Positions 48,240 through 59,081 of a DNA stretch of 64,000 bases are shown here, one piece after another. The notes below the pieces were generated by a model that saw only the letters and a list, made by a program, of their open reading frames with translations, did not search any database and was not told the origin of the DNA. Both the position numbers and the translations under genes were made by a program. Origin of the DNA: Anthoceros angustus (taxonomy: Eukaryota > Plantae > Anthocerotophyta); the NCBI GenBank assembly GCA_010909165.1, contig VJWM01000116.1:310001-374000 (forward strand), written 5' to 3'. Numbering within the stretch: the stretch's first letter is position 1; every line of letters starts with the position of its first letter.

Positions 48240-51159
48240 ATGGTTCAGCGCGCTGCTGGTAGGATCGTCAGTGGCAAGCAGCTGCATCGGCTGTGCCGCC
48301 GCATTTTGGTTGGAGATGCCTGCGGGTGGCTCAGTCTGGTGAAAAATGTGGATGTGGCTGCCGTTCCTGCTGCCTCGCCCGATGGTAGTTGGTATTCCGA
48401 TGGGACGGGTAGCTTCTGGAGGCATGAAATTTCAAAGCTTGATTCGTCAGAGCTTGGGCACGCAGATTACAGGGGTGCTGAAGTTTCCTTCAATCACAGG
48501 TCTGAAGTGCTTAACCGGTGGAAGCGGCTGGGAGCAGCTGTTAGTGGGAGGGATTTGGTTAAGGATGATGCCGGGGAATGCAGGGTAGCACCTGAGGGGA
48601 GATCGGCACGTGAGCACCAAGGTGCCAGGCTTTTGTATGGACACAGTGTTGGAGGATGTGTGAAGGCAGGAAAAGGCGTTTTGTCGCCTTCAACTCGTAC
48701 TCTGGCTGGCAGAGTACCACTGCAGCTTCAGTTTTACGATGTTGCACGGTCCAGAGGTATTATTTTCACTCTCTTCTTGCGCTTGTTGCACTCTTTTGAG
48801 AGCCATGCACACCCTTGGTGTCTTATGGAATTATCCTCTGTTCGCAATCTGCAAGATGGTGGAGCTCTTGATGTCACGCAGAAAGTGATAGTGGACTCTT
48901 AACTGCAGTGCATTGCATGCAGCGTTCAGCTCCGATGCGGTGGAGAGCTCCAAGGATCAGATACCGGTTCCCGATTCCCATGTGCACAGGTACGATTTTG
49001 GTTGAGAGAAGCAGCACTGTGTTGGGGTTCTTGCTTTGGTTGCAACTGACGTTGTTGCTTCTGTCTCTGCAGCCAAAGGGCGGTTGTCACAGCACTGTGG
49101 TGCAACTTCTTGGTTTTCAGTTTGAAGATCGGGGTATGGATGTACACTGCCAGCCATGTCATGCTGGCTGAAGCTGTTCATTCTTTAGCTGACCTTGCTA
49201 ATCAGGTACAGTCGCCCTCAACTGCTAGGTTTGGATGTCTTCTGTGGTCATTCTGATATAGGTTTGTCATCAGGGCCTTTTGGCATATGGTCTTGTGAGC
49301 TCACGCCGCGCTCCTGACGCCCTCCACCCGTACGTTCCAAGCCTCTGTCTTTTCATCGTGCTGTGATGTGAGAGTGTGATAAGCGAACACCAAGTGTTTG
49401 CTTCTCTAACCTGTCCATCTGCGTTGTTAGATATGGCTACCAGAAGGAGCGTTTTGTTTGGTCCTTAATTTCTGCAGTTGGAATATTTTGCCTTGGCTCT
49501 GGTGCAACAATTGTCCATGGCATACAACATCTCTGGGATGCTCAGGTGACTCATGTTCCGCATACCTCATGTCAATGAGAGTGTAGGTTATTTAGCAGTT
49601 CTTGGGTGGGTTCCCCCTTGGCTCGCATCACCTGTTTTGCACTTCGTATGCAGCCTTTGGAGCATGTCGGCATTGCAGCTGCTGTGATTGGAGGCTCAGT
49701 AATCATGGAAGGTGACTCCAGATGACAACTTCCAGTCAGTGTTAATGTGCCCATGAATTCTGTTCAGATTTTCATATCGAAGGTGCTCTTTACCCTGTGT
49801 CTGCTTTCCTCTTCTAGGGGCTTCACTCCTGGTGGCTCTTAGTGCTGTGCGAAAAGGAGCTGCAGCAGAAGGCATGACCGTGAAGGAGTATCTTTGGCGA
49901 GGTCATGATCCTACCTCCGTTGCTGTGCTCATGGAGGTAATGCCTAATGGGAATGGTTTGTTTCTAAGTAGCTTGTGACGAACAGCTTCCTTTTCTTGAT
50001 TCCTGACAGAACTTCCCACTTGTAACTCATATCGCTTTGTGAAGCAGTCAGCAATTTGCTCAAAGTTTTACTGTGATGTTAATAATTGCAGGATGGTGCA
50101 GCCGTAACCGGACTGGCTATTGCTGCTTTAACTTTAGCAGCTGTTCAAGCAACGGGCAATCCAATTTGGGATCCTATTGGTTCTATCGTGGTGGGGAATT
50201 TGCTTGGGGTGGTAAGTTGCAACTGTGGAGTTGTTCATTGTAGTGCGACAGAACTTGTTGACACTCCATGACATCAATTGGATGTTTTGCTGGTGGCATT
50301 CACGAGTTGAATTGCTGCCTGTACAGGTGGCGATTTTCCTTATTCAAAGGAACAGACAGGCACTCATTGGTCGGTCTATTGAAGATAAGGACATGAAGAG
50401 GATCATAAAGATGTTATCGAGTCACTCGGTATGCTAGTGCTTGTCGCCTACTCTCTGCGTGCCTCTCTTTGGCTTTGTCCTCTTAACAGCTTGACCTCGT
50501 TCCCCTACACATAGGTCGTTGATGCCGTCTATGACTGTAAGAGCGAGGTGATTGGCCCAGGGCAGTACAGGTTCAAAGCTGAAATAGGTTCTGTACCCCT
50601 GCCCTTGGCCATGCTTTCAACTGTATCATACCCATCATGGTAGCATGGCACTGATTTTCAATACCCTGTGTCCTGAAGATTTCAATGGAGTTCAGATAGT
50701 ACAGAACTACCTGGAAAGAACTGGTCGGGCCGCATGGATAAGAGAGGTACATGGTGTGCAAGCATGTGAAAGTTATGTGCTTGAGACTGTCTATGGCTGA
50801 GCCGATTCCTTCCACCATCGCTTTCAGTTCACGGCGGCAGTGACTGATCCGAGAGACGGCGCTATGGACATTGTGATGGCAAATTATGGTTTGCACTGCA
50901 CCTGCACCCTCCCTCACTAGCGCTGACAGAATTGTGGGTGGGATGCAAGCTTCTCGGTCAGGAAACCTGACGCCGCTCCTGTTGCGTTTCAGGAGAAGAG
51001 GTGGTGTCGGCCATTGGAAGTGAAATCGACAGGTTGGAGAAGGAGATCCAGCTTCTCGTACCCGGCATCCGGCACGTTGATATTGAGGTTCACAACCCAA
51101 AGGGTCCTACTCCAAGGGAGAAGTTCTACTCCAACTTCATGGACGAATTTGGGAAATGA
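48240..51159 (+). CDS. MTP7: Cation-diffusion facilitator MTP7/MTPC4 (ZnT9-like), multi-exon
   Basis: Exons encode AVTTALWCNFLVF, EAVHSLAD, HPYGYQKERFVWSLISAVGIF, EDGAAVTGL, WDPIGSI and GIRHVDIEVHNP. Confidence 0.92.
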
Positions 51160-51380
51160 CCAAGTTTAGGCTCCAATTTAACGCCCGAGTTTGGGAACTC
51201 CCTTGTGGGAAATAATTCCAGCAGATGCGAATTTCATAATTGTCTGAAATGTGTTTCGTTTTCTTAACAAACTACTTTCGGTTTCTGTACATCAACAATC
51301 AAACGAGGCTTCACGATCTCACCGATTGCATCCCAAGCAAAACACGGTGACAGCGGCCGGTTTCTGCACCAGTTCTATCT

Positions 51381-52074
51381 CTACTTCTTCCATTTCTTAA
51401 ACTTCTTCCCACCAAAGAACCCTTTCTTCCCCAATTTGAAGTGACCTTTGTGCTTTCCATGCTTGCCGTGCGAGTAGTGTCCATGTCCCACCTTGAGTCC
51501 ACTATGCCCATAACCATGCTTGTAATCACCATGCCCGTGCGAATGGCTTGAGTGTCCCACAGCATACCCGAGTGCAGCCGGCGCAACACCGTGCACAAGG
51601 TCGTGGCCGCCGTGGGCCTTCCCAGGCTTACCACCTGCACAACGACGCGCCACTGTCACTCGAATCTGGCCAAGCACAGAAATCAAACGCAAGCAAAAGA
51701 AGATCCAAGACAAAAACACCACCGAGAGTCTCATTACCATGTGCACCAGCCGAGTGCGCACCAGAATAGCCGGCCGGATAGCCAGCGGGAGGGTAACCGG
51801 CGGGAGGGTAGCCAGCGGGAGGATAGCCAGCCGGCGCCGGGGGATATCCAGCATGGCCAACCGCAGCGGGCGGGTAGCCAGCGGGAGGATATCCTGCCGG
51901 AACCGGAGGCGCATGTCCGTAGGGAGGTGCTGCGGGAGGATAGCCTGGCTGACCGGGAGGAGGATACCCCGCCGGAGGATACCCTGGTTGCCCCGGAGGA
52001 GGATAGCCTGGTTGCCCCGGCGGGTAGCCATAGCCACCACCCGGAGGAGGATACCCTGGTTGCCGCGAATCCAT
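51381..52074 (-). CDS. GPRP: Glycine/proline-rich protein (GPRP family: xYPP repeats, Ala-rich segment, His/Gly/Lys tail); 2 exons (52074-51738, 51634-51381)
   Basis: GYPP tandem repeats and terminal HGKHGKHKGHFK...KKFKKWKK. The GT-AG intron is in frame. Confidence 0.85.
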
Positions 52075-52309
52075 TGCACACAACACTTACAAGCTCGAGA
52101 GCGAGCTCCTCAGATCTGCAGGACGGGAAATATCACACTTGCATTCCGCTGCGGAATCTGCACACCTCGGGTCCCGGGACTCGGAAGACGGCGCCAAGCT
52201 CGAGCGCGTTACAGTCGTCGACGCGTCTAAGGTACCTGGCTCGCACCAGTGTCGCGCTCCCAATCGTGGCTGCTAATTTCTACGATTGGTACTGGCGGGC
52301 CCGCGCAAA

Positions 52310-52317
52310 TGACGTCA
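52310..52317. promoter_or_regulatory. Palindromic TGACGTCA (bZIP/TGA-type) site ~240 bp upstream of GPRP; also present at 57289-57296
   Basis: Exact motif conserved in both repeat copies. Function is inferred only. Confidence 0.4.
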
Positions 52318-52674
52318 CCTTGGATACGCGCTCCGCGCATTTCTTTTTTTCCAGTCCCTTTATTTGGTAATTCCCCCATTTTCCTGTAGGTCACCTGCTT
52401 GGCCATGTAGAGCTCATTCTCGCAGCGGATAGCGCCGCGTCGGCAGCAAGACAGGACGAAGCGTGTGCCTTTTTTCCGTTACACGCTTTTACACACATAC
52501 ATGCTCCGATGGCGTCCTCGATGGTAACGAAGACCTGCACCCGCACAAGGATTGAAGGATGCCACGGCTCCGTGACAAAAACGTCAAGGCGGCAAGAAGT
52601 TCGGAATCGTTGCAACAAGTGTTCGTGCTGCAAGCAGCAAGCTGAGGGCCCTCCAGCAGGTCACGTTTCTTACA
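52310..52674 (+). repeat. Diverged direct repeat, copy A (partner 57289-57681)
   Basis: Shared ordered blocks TGACGTCACCTTGG, GGCAGCAAGACAGGAnGAAGCGTGTGC, TCCGTTACA, GGTAACGA, ACAAGGATTG, AAAAACGTCAnGGCGGCAAGAA and CGTGCTGCAAGC. Confidence 0.85.
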
Positions 52675-53160
52675 GGTGGACGGAGTGATTGATAAGAATC
52701 AGCTTCACTAACGGCGGAATCCAGTGGGATTATGTTCTTCTCATGGCAACGTTTGAAGAGGATCCGCACAGCCCCTAAGATTACAGCCCAGCAAGGGCCT
52801 GGTAAGACAGGTGGGGTTAACAAGGGTGAGGTTCAAGATAGTTTGATCCAAGCAATATGAAGGCCGGAAGATAGTACTATCAAATGCTAAACGATTATGG
52901 CCTGAGCTTCCAAGAGTGGCGTCCTTTTAAACCTTTCAAACATGCCGGGAACACAATTCCTGGATCCCTTAGGTCATAAGCAGTCCTTTTCATGTAGCTT
53001 CTTTGGCGCATCACACCATTGCTAGTTCTTGAGCCAACGTCAATCTCGTCCTTGCTGGCGCTGATCTACGAATGTTGGTTTCGATCTCCATTGTGGTCAT
53101 TTATGCAAACGTGAAAGTTGTTTTCTTCCTTCCCAAAGTGGCATCATTTTAATCATGCGA

Positions 53161-53487
53161 GCACACAATTGGCAAAACCCCATGGGCCATGTTTGGTGCA
53201 TGAGCACAGTTCTTGCTATGTAGCTTCATAGGCGCATTACACAGCACACAATTATCAAACACCATGGACCATATTTGGTGCATGAGCACAGTTCTTGCTA
53301 TGTAGCTTCATAGGCGCATTACACAGCACACAATTTCGAAACCCCATGGGCCATGTTTGGTGCATGAGCACAGTTCTTGCTATGTAGCTTCATAGGCGCA
53401 TTACACACCACACAATTGTCAAACTCCATGGGCCATGTTTGGTGCATGAGTTGTTCTTCCTACGTAGCTTCATAGATGCATTACACT
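53161..53487. repeat. Tandem array, 82 bp x 4
   Basis: CCATGG-anchored units at 53180, 53262, 53344 and 53426. Confidence 0.95.
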
Positions 53488-53877
53488 ATTTACCATTATA
53501 CCGTTTATACTATTACTAGACTGTATAACTTCTTTGGCGCATTAAATGGAGAATATTCTCCATTTAGTGAGCATGTATTTACACTCTTTGCTCGAACATT
53601 CTCTGATTGTGGCAGAATTTTTCAAAACGGTCACAATTATGTTCAACCAATGGGATTTAAGTGGGTTGAAATTTGTCAATAACATTAAGTTGATTGGCCG
53701 CATGGCCCAATGGATGGGGCATTAGCTATACAAAACCATAGATTCTGGATTTCATCTCCAGCGTGGTCATCAAATTAAAAAGTGTTTGTCCTCATGAAGT
53801 AAAAGAACTGTTCCCGAACATGACATCATTTTAGACATGCGGGAACATAATAGTCAAACCCCACACGCCATGTACAT

Positions 53878-54190
53878 ATCCCTTGGTGCATGAGCAATGG
53901 GATTAAGGTTGACCCTTGGTGCATGAGCAATGGGTTAAGATTGATGGGTCGCATGGCCCAATTGATTGGTAAGGCTTGAAGAGTGATCCACAAAACACGT
54001 TTTTTTTTTAAATCGTCCCAAACACAACGAAACATGTTGCATGAGCAATGGGATTAAGGTAGATGGGTTGCATGGCCCAATTGATTGGTAGGATCTCAAA
54101 AGAGTGATCCACAAAATACGTTCTTTTTCAATCGTTCCAAACGCAATAAAACACGGTCTTTTTCAATCGCCCCTAACACAACAAAATGCG
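53878..54190. repeat. Degenerate nested duplications related to the 82-bp array
   Basis: Repeated CATGAGCAATGGG...GCATGGCCCAATTGATTGGTA...GAGTGATCCACAAAA. Shares GGTGCATGAGCA with the 82-bp unit. Confidence 0.75.
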
Positions 54191-54264
54191 TTCTTTTCCA
54201 ATCGTCCCAAACAAAATACGTTCATCACTTAGACCCAATACTCAAACATTCCTAAAATATAGTT

Positions 54265-54828
54265 GGGCATTTTGGCAAAGGCCATGGTCATGCCTCCTTG
54301 GGCAACCGGTTCAACCTAATAGAACGATCACCGGTTGTCCCAAGCAAAATAGAAAGCTAAAGGTGGATTATCAAAATGGCAAACATTCATCATTCCGGAA
54401 GCACTAGGGAAAGAGAGTCATGGACTAAGTGGGGGCTTTTTGGCCAAGCCCATGGTCATACCTCCTTGCGCAACCGGTTCAACCTATGACGATCACCGGT
54501 CATCCCAAGCAAAATAGAAAGCTGGATGTGGATTATCAAAACGACAAACGTTCATCATTCCGCAGGCATTGGAGAAAAAGAGTCAAGGACTAGGTGCGGG
54601 CTTTTTTGGCCAAGCCCATGGTCATGCCTCCTTGGGCAACGGGTTCAACTTAGAGCGATCACCGGTCGTCCCAAGCAAAATAGAAAGCTGGATGTGGATT
54701 ATCAAAATGGCAAACATTCATCATTCCAGAGGCATTGGGGAAAGAGAGTCATAAAGCTAGATGTGGATGATCAAAATGGCAAACATTCATTATTCCAGAG
54801 GCATTGGGGAAAGAGAGTCATGGACTAA
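54265..54828. repeat. Tandem array, ~166 bp x 3 plus a partial internal duplication
   Basis: Units start near 54265, 54432 and 54598 (CCATGGTCAT.CCTCCTTG.GCAACCGGTTCAAC...CCCAAGCAAAATAGAAAGCT). Confidence 0.92.
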
Positions 54829-55509
54829 GCGGAGAGGGTCATGCTTCCACCTTACAACGCAAATGACATATTTCACATTCTTTTCATGCTATACAAGTTT
54901 TAAAATATTGTGATTGTACCACTTTTCCCACTATTTATGGCTGGAAGTCATGCATGTGCATGTGGAAACTAGGCCCATCTTAATTTAAGATATTATTCTG
55001 CACATGTCAATGACTTCTTGTTTACTGGAAGCATGGAAAGTAAGGAATTACCCTGAATCTGAATTAACAAGTTAAGAAGTTAGTGGTAGAAAGAGAAATT
55101 GCTTAGGGCTTACGAAAGTTAGCCTGTTTAAGGTTCAAGAAGGCAGTTAAGTAGTTAAGGATGAAGTAAGCCCTCAAATATAAAAGGATGAGGTTAATCT
55201 TAAAGAGTTATTCGCTAGCACTTGTGCTATACTCTCCTTCATGAGAATTGGGGAATGAAGCGATTATGTTAGAGTCCAGTGGTGTATAATCATGGTGACA
55301 AATTTGTAGAATTTTTACTTGGGGCGACTTATTCTCCTATGATCTATGGACTCCTAGAACTAGGATCTATTGTTATCTTGAGTATAGTGTGGATTCATCT
55401 CTTGTTGTAAAGAAGCCACTGCATGTAATGATCTTTACACTACCTACATATATGGCAAGTATGTATTGCCCTCAGTTGCAGGTACACATATCGACGCCCT
55501 TTCTTGGGC

Positions 55510-55640
55510 TAAGGTCTACGAAATTCGTAGACCTTAAAAATTCACACACTGTGCCCGTGCTTTTTGTAACCTTTGTTTGGTGAATGGATTCAATCCATTC
55601 ACCAAACAAAGGTTACAAAAAGCACCGGCACAGTGTGTGA
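55510..55640. other. Two adjacent palindromes: 27 bp perfect (55510-55536) and 99 bp with one mismatch (55542-55640)
   Basis: 13-bp and 49-bp arms, each around a single central base, verified base by base. Confidence 0.97.
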
Positions 55641-55734
55641 GCTTTGCTCGTGTTGCAAATTGGCATGGCATATGCATGAAGTTCAATAGCGGAGGCGAAG
55701 GCCTTTGAAAGGCAAGACGGATCTTGGGGTGAAG

Positions 55735-56673
55735 GTGGAGAATGGTGACATGCTACGGATCGGCATTGGAGTGATCATCTACTTCAAGCAGACGTTATGA
55801 ATCCCCAATGACAAGCCCTACGACTCCCTCCCGCCAAGCCTGGGCTACTTCCCCATACAGAGAGTATCGGATTACGCCAACAAGGTGCCGTAGAGCTGGC
55901 GCAGGCATGGCAGGGTGTTCCTCCCCATGTACTTGCGGGAGGACATGTGGCTCAAAGCCAGTGGCAGCCTCTGGAATCCCAATGCCATGAAACTAGCTAT
56001 AGGCAAGGTGTGCGTACTGACGGGGAAGCCTTGGTCAGAGGAGCTGCACGTCGAGCCGCAAGACTACCTCGTGCTTCCCTCACACCCCCAGTGGTTGGAT
56101 GGCATCAACTCTGGCAAAGACACCATTTGCCAGCACATTGTCGTGCCGCTAGGTATGGGGTGCATTGTGCAATGCCAGGTGACTGACGAGGAGAAATTCG
56201 ACGCCCTCCAGATTTGCGTCTTCGAGCCCAAGGCTTATTCAGAAGTGTTTCCGGATGCAGCACCGGCAGCCGAGTTGGAAGTGGGGCTAGGGCTGGGAGC
56301 AAGAGGCTGCATGTCGCAAAAGATATGTGCTGAGAGAGACGGCCAACATGTGTGGGATCAATCCACATACACCAGGGTTTTTGTGCATTTGTGCAGTCCA
56401 ACCATGTAGCAGCACATCACGGGAGAGGCTCCGCCAGAATTGCCAGTGTCGGCCGAGACATATTTGTCTCATGGTTTGCCGTGGTTTGATGTGTACGATG
56501 AAGGGAGGGAGGGAGTGGATGCCTCTCCAACTGTCAAGACCTTGAAGGAGATGGACCAGCTTTTGGGCTTGGGTCCTAAGGTGCCTACTCGGGTCTCACT
56601 AGGCTTCTCAATGGAGCAAGAAGAAGGAGCGCTATGTAGGTATGTGCTTGCCAGGTTGTTGAAATGTTGGTGA
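55735..56673 (+). pseudogene. Pseudogene of an uncharacterised family I recall from bacteria and fungi (TLRIP...LPP.LG.FP / FLPMY.RE.MW / QDY.V.P.QPWLDG / GLPWFD.YDE)
   Basis: One reading frame over ~310 codons with three in-frame stops (TGA 55798, TAG 55891, TAG 56407). No frameshifts or introns. Confidence 0.75.
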
Positions 56674-56883
56674 CGACAGATGTTGGTGATGACAGAAAAT
56701 GATAGCATAACTCTATTGGTGAAACTTGAAACTTTATTGATTGAGCGAGGACATATGGGCTCTCCCACTGCGTAGAGAGCATAACTCAACCTACCTCTGC
56801 AGGTAGTCTTAGAAGGCGTGTGGACATTGTCCTATGCGAATGGCCCAACATGGACACATGGTTGACTCCGCAGCATGCATTTG

Positions 56884-57094
56884 TCCAAATGGCTTTAGCC
56901 AAATGGACACACATTTATAAGAATGCCGTGATTAAGCATCCTGAGCTTAGATCGGTACTTAGATGGGTGCCTAAAGGGAGTGGATGCCCTTGGTGCAAGT
57001 AGCTTAGGCACACCATGGTACAAGTTGTTAAGTACCAAGTCCCATGACGGAAATCCGTCCTTAGTGGACTTAAATAAAATTCTTCTTCTTCTTC
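56884..57094 (+). mobile_element. Short non-LTR-type retroposon, copy 2
   Basis: About 8 differences from copy 1 over ~210 bp. Ends with a GACGG-AAAT-CCGTC stem-loop, AAATAAAA and (TTC)n. Confidence 0.7.
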
Positions 57095-57288
57095 ATTAGG
57101 GAGAATTGTATGGGAACCTATGAAGATTTCATATACTGTTTTTATTCTATTTTTTTAACTATTAGATTGTGTTTCCAACATATTTGGGTTCTTTTTTGGT
57201 CAAAACCCAGCATACTAGTCTACGGTTCAAGCTCGGCAGGGTGATAGTGCCCATGACTTAGGGAGTGACACCATCTTCAGAGAAAGGT

Positions 57289-57681
57289 TGACGTCACCTT
57301 GGCCCCACTCTTTTCGCAATTTCCTGTCCTCAATAACATGTAGACTTCATTATTTGCTGTTCACTAGCCTTGTTGGTTTCGCCATTAACTTTGGGTGTGC
57401 AAGATCACATCGCCATGTACATACATAGGTATGCACGTCGTTTCTGCGGCTGACGGCCGCGTGGGCAGCAAGACAGGAAGAAGCGTGTGCTTTCCGTTAC
57501 AGGTTTACACGCTCCAATGGCGACCCTCCACGGTAACGACCTCACCTGCCCCTATACAAGGATTGGACGGCTCCAGGACAGAAAAAACGTCAGGGCGGCA
57601 AGAAATACCTTCAGAGGGGCCCGTGCCCGTGCTGCAAGCTAAGCGAGCTACCAGACTTACAGCACAGGCACTTTTCTTACA
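57289..57681 (+). repeat. Diverged direct repeat, copy B (partner 52310-52674); lies immediately 3' of GLX2
   Basis: Same ordered conserved blocks as copy A. Confidence 0.85.
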
Positions 57682-57737
57682 AATGTACATACACAACATA
57701 CAGTGATAGTACGCGTGAGACGAGACTGGCCAGCGAG

Positions 57738-59081
57738 TCATCCTTTGAACTGGTCCTTCATCCTGCGTACTTCGGCCATCACTTCTACAGGGTTGGTGCG
57801 ACCTGTGGCCACCTGACACCATCAGGTGGAGAATTGTATTAGGTTTAGTCAGGTGACTTGACATGTGCAAATCCGCGGTCCATCAAGTTTGCAAGCGTAA
57901 TAACCTGGAGAGGCCTCAATTCCACCCGCATGAAAGGGTTGATGTCAAACTCCTCCCCAATTGATGAGGGCACTGTGGGGTTGTGAGATTTTTGCTCTTG
58001 GATTGCCCACTTCAGCTTCTCCTTCAGAGCTGCGTTGTCTGGCTCCACTGTGCTGGCGAATTGGAGGTTCTTGACGGTGTACTAACGAGTTGGGCAATAC
58101 GGCGAGTGAGTGGCACTGCGCCTCCTGCAAGTGTGATTACCTGAGGGGAAAGGAAAGAGGAGCATACCTCATGGCCACAAAAGACCCGAGTTGAGCTTGG
58201 CAGGGAGCCGAGCTTCTTCACTAGAGAGTCGTACATCTGGCTGGCTGTGCCTTCGAAGAAGCGTCCACACCCGGCAATAAACTGCAAAGAAGAGAAGCAC
58301 GTTCTTCTGTCAACTGCAGTGCAGCAGCTTCATGTCCAACGCTCACACAACATGGCATAACATGCGACATGAGAGAATACTCTAGACTAGGCTAACCTAC
58401 CAAGGTATCACCGGTGAACACTGCAGGATCCTGTCCTGATGCAGTGTTTGTCACATAGTAACTCACATGGCCCTTGGTGTGGCTGTATCCAAAGACAACC
58501 ACACCATGTAAGCAACAGCTTCAGGTGCGAGGCAAGCAATAGACAGAACAACGGCTTTCCATGCCAGGGATATGGAACCACACCAAGGGGTATGCAGAGC
58601 TCTGACACTGATGTCCTTACTCACAGGAAACTCATCCCCATGTTGCAATTCATGGGTGCATCCCTCCACTTTGTCCAAAGCTCCTCCATACACCTTCAAC
58701 CCCGGAATGAGGCTCTTGAGCTCGTTGTTGCCTCCAGCATGATCCCTGACCACCATCCCCAACAACGTGAGCTTCCTGGAAACATCCAGGAACAAACCCA
58801 CCAACAACACCCGGCCAGAAACTCCCGCCCACCAGTGGTGATGGGTTGTGAACACGCTCCCGATTGATGCACCGTGGCTCTTCGCCGCCTCCACCACCTT
58901 CGCCGGCTGGACGGGATCCACCACCGCCGCCTCCCCAGTTCCAGAATCGATGATCCTGCGCCAACCCACATCACGTCACGTCACGTCACTGCCCACCAGC
59001 ATCCGCTTCCAGCAATGCAACAGCAGCATCTTACAGGTAAGCGTAATTGTCCTCCAAGCACGGCACCGGAACCACCTTCAT
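57738..59081 (-). CDS. GLX2: Glyoxalase II (hydroxyacylglutathione hydrolase), GLX2-2-like, multi-exon; possible N-terminal extension
   Basis: [59 protein letters not shown] and NPFMR. Confidence 0.95.

Noticed and set aside
55798-56409. Rescue of the pseudogene stops by RNA editing (U-to-C or A-to-I)
   Set aside because: Plant PPR-based editing is organellar, and two different chemistries would be needed; mutational decay is simpler.
41233-57100. Giant composite transposon (Pack-MULE-like) using the two inverted 210-bp elements as TIRs
   Set aside because: No shared TSD outside the pair, copy 1 has its own TSD, and the interior holds ordinary intron-containing housekeeping genes.
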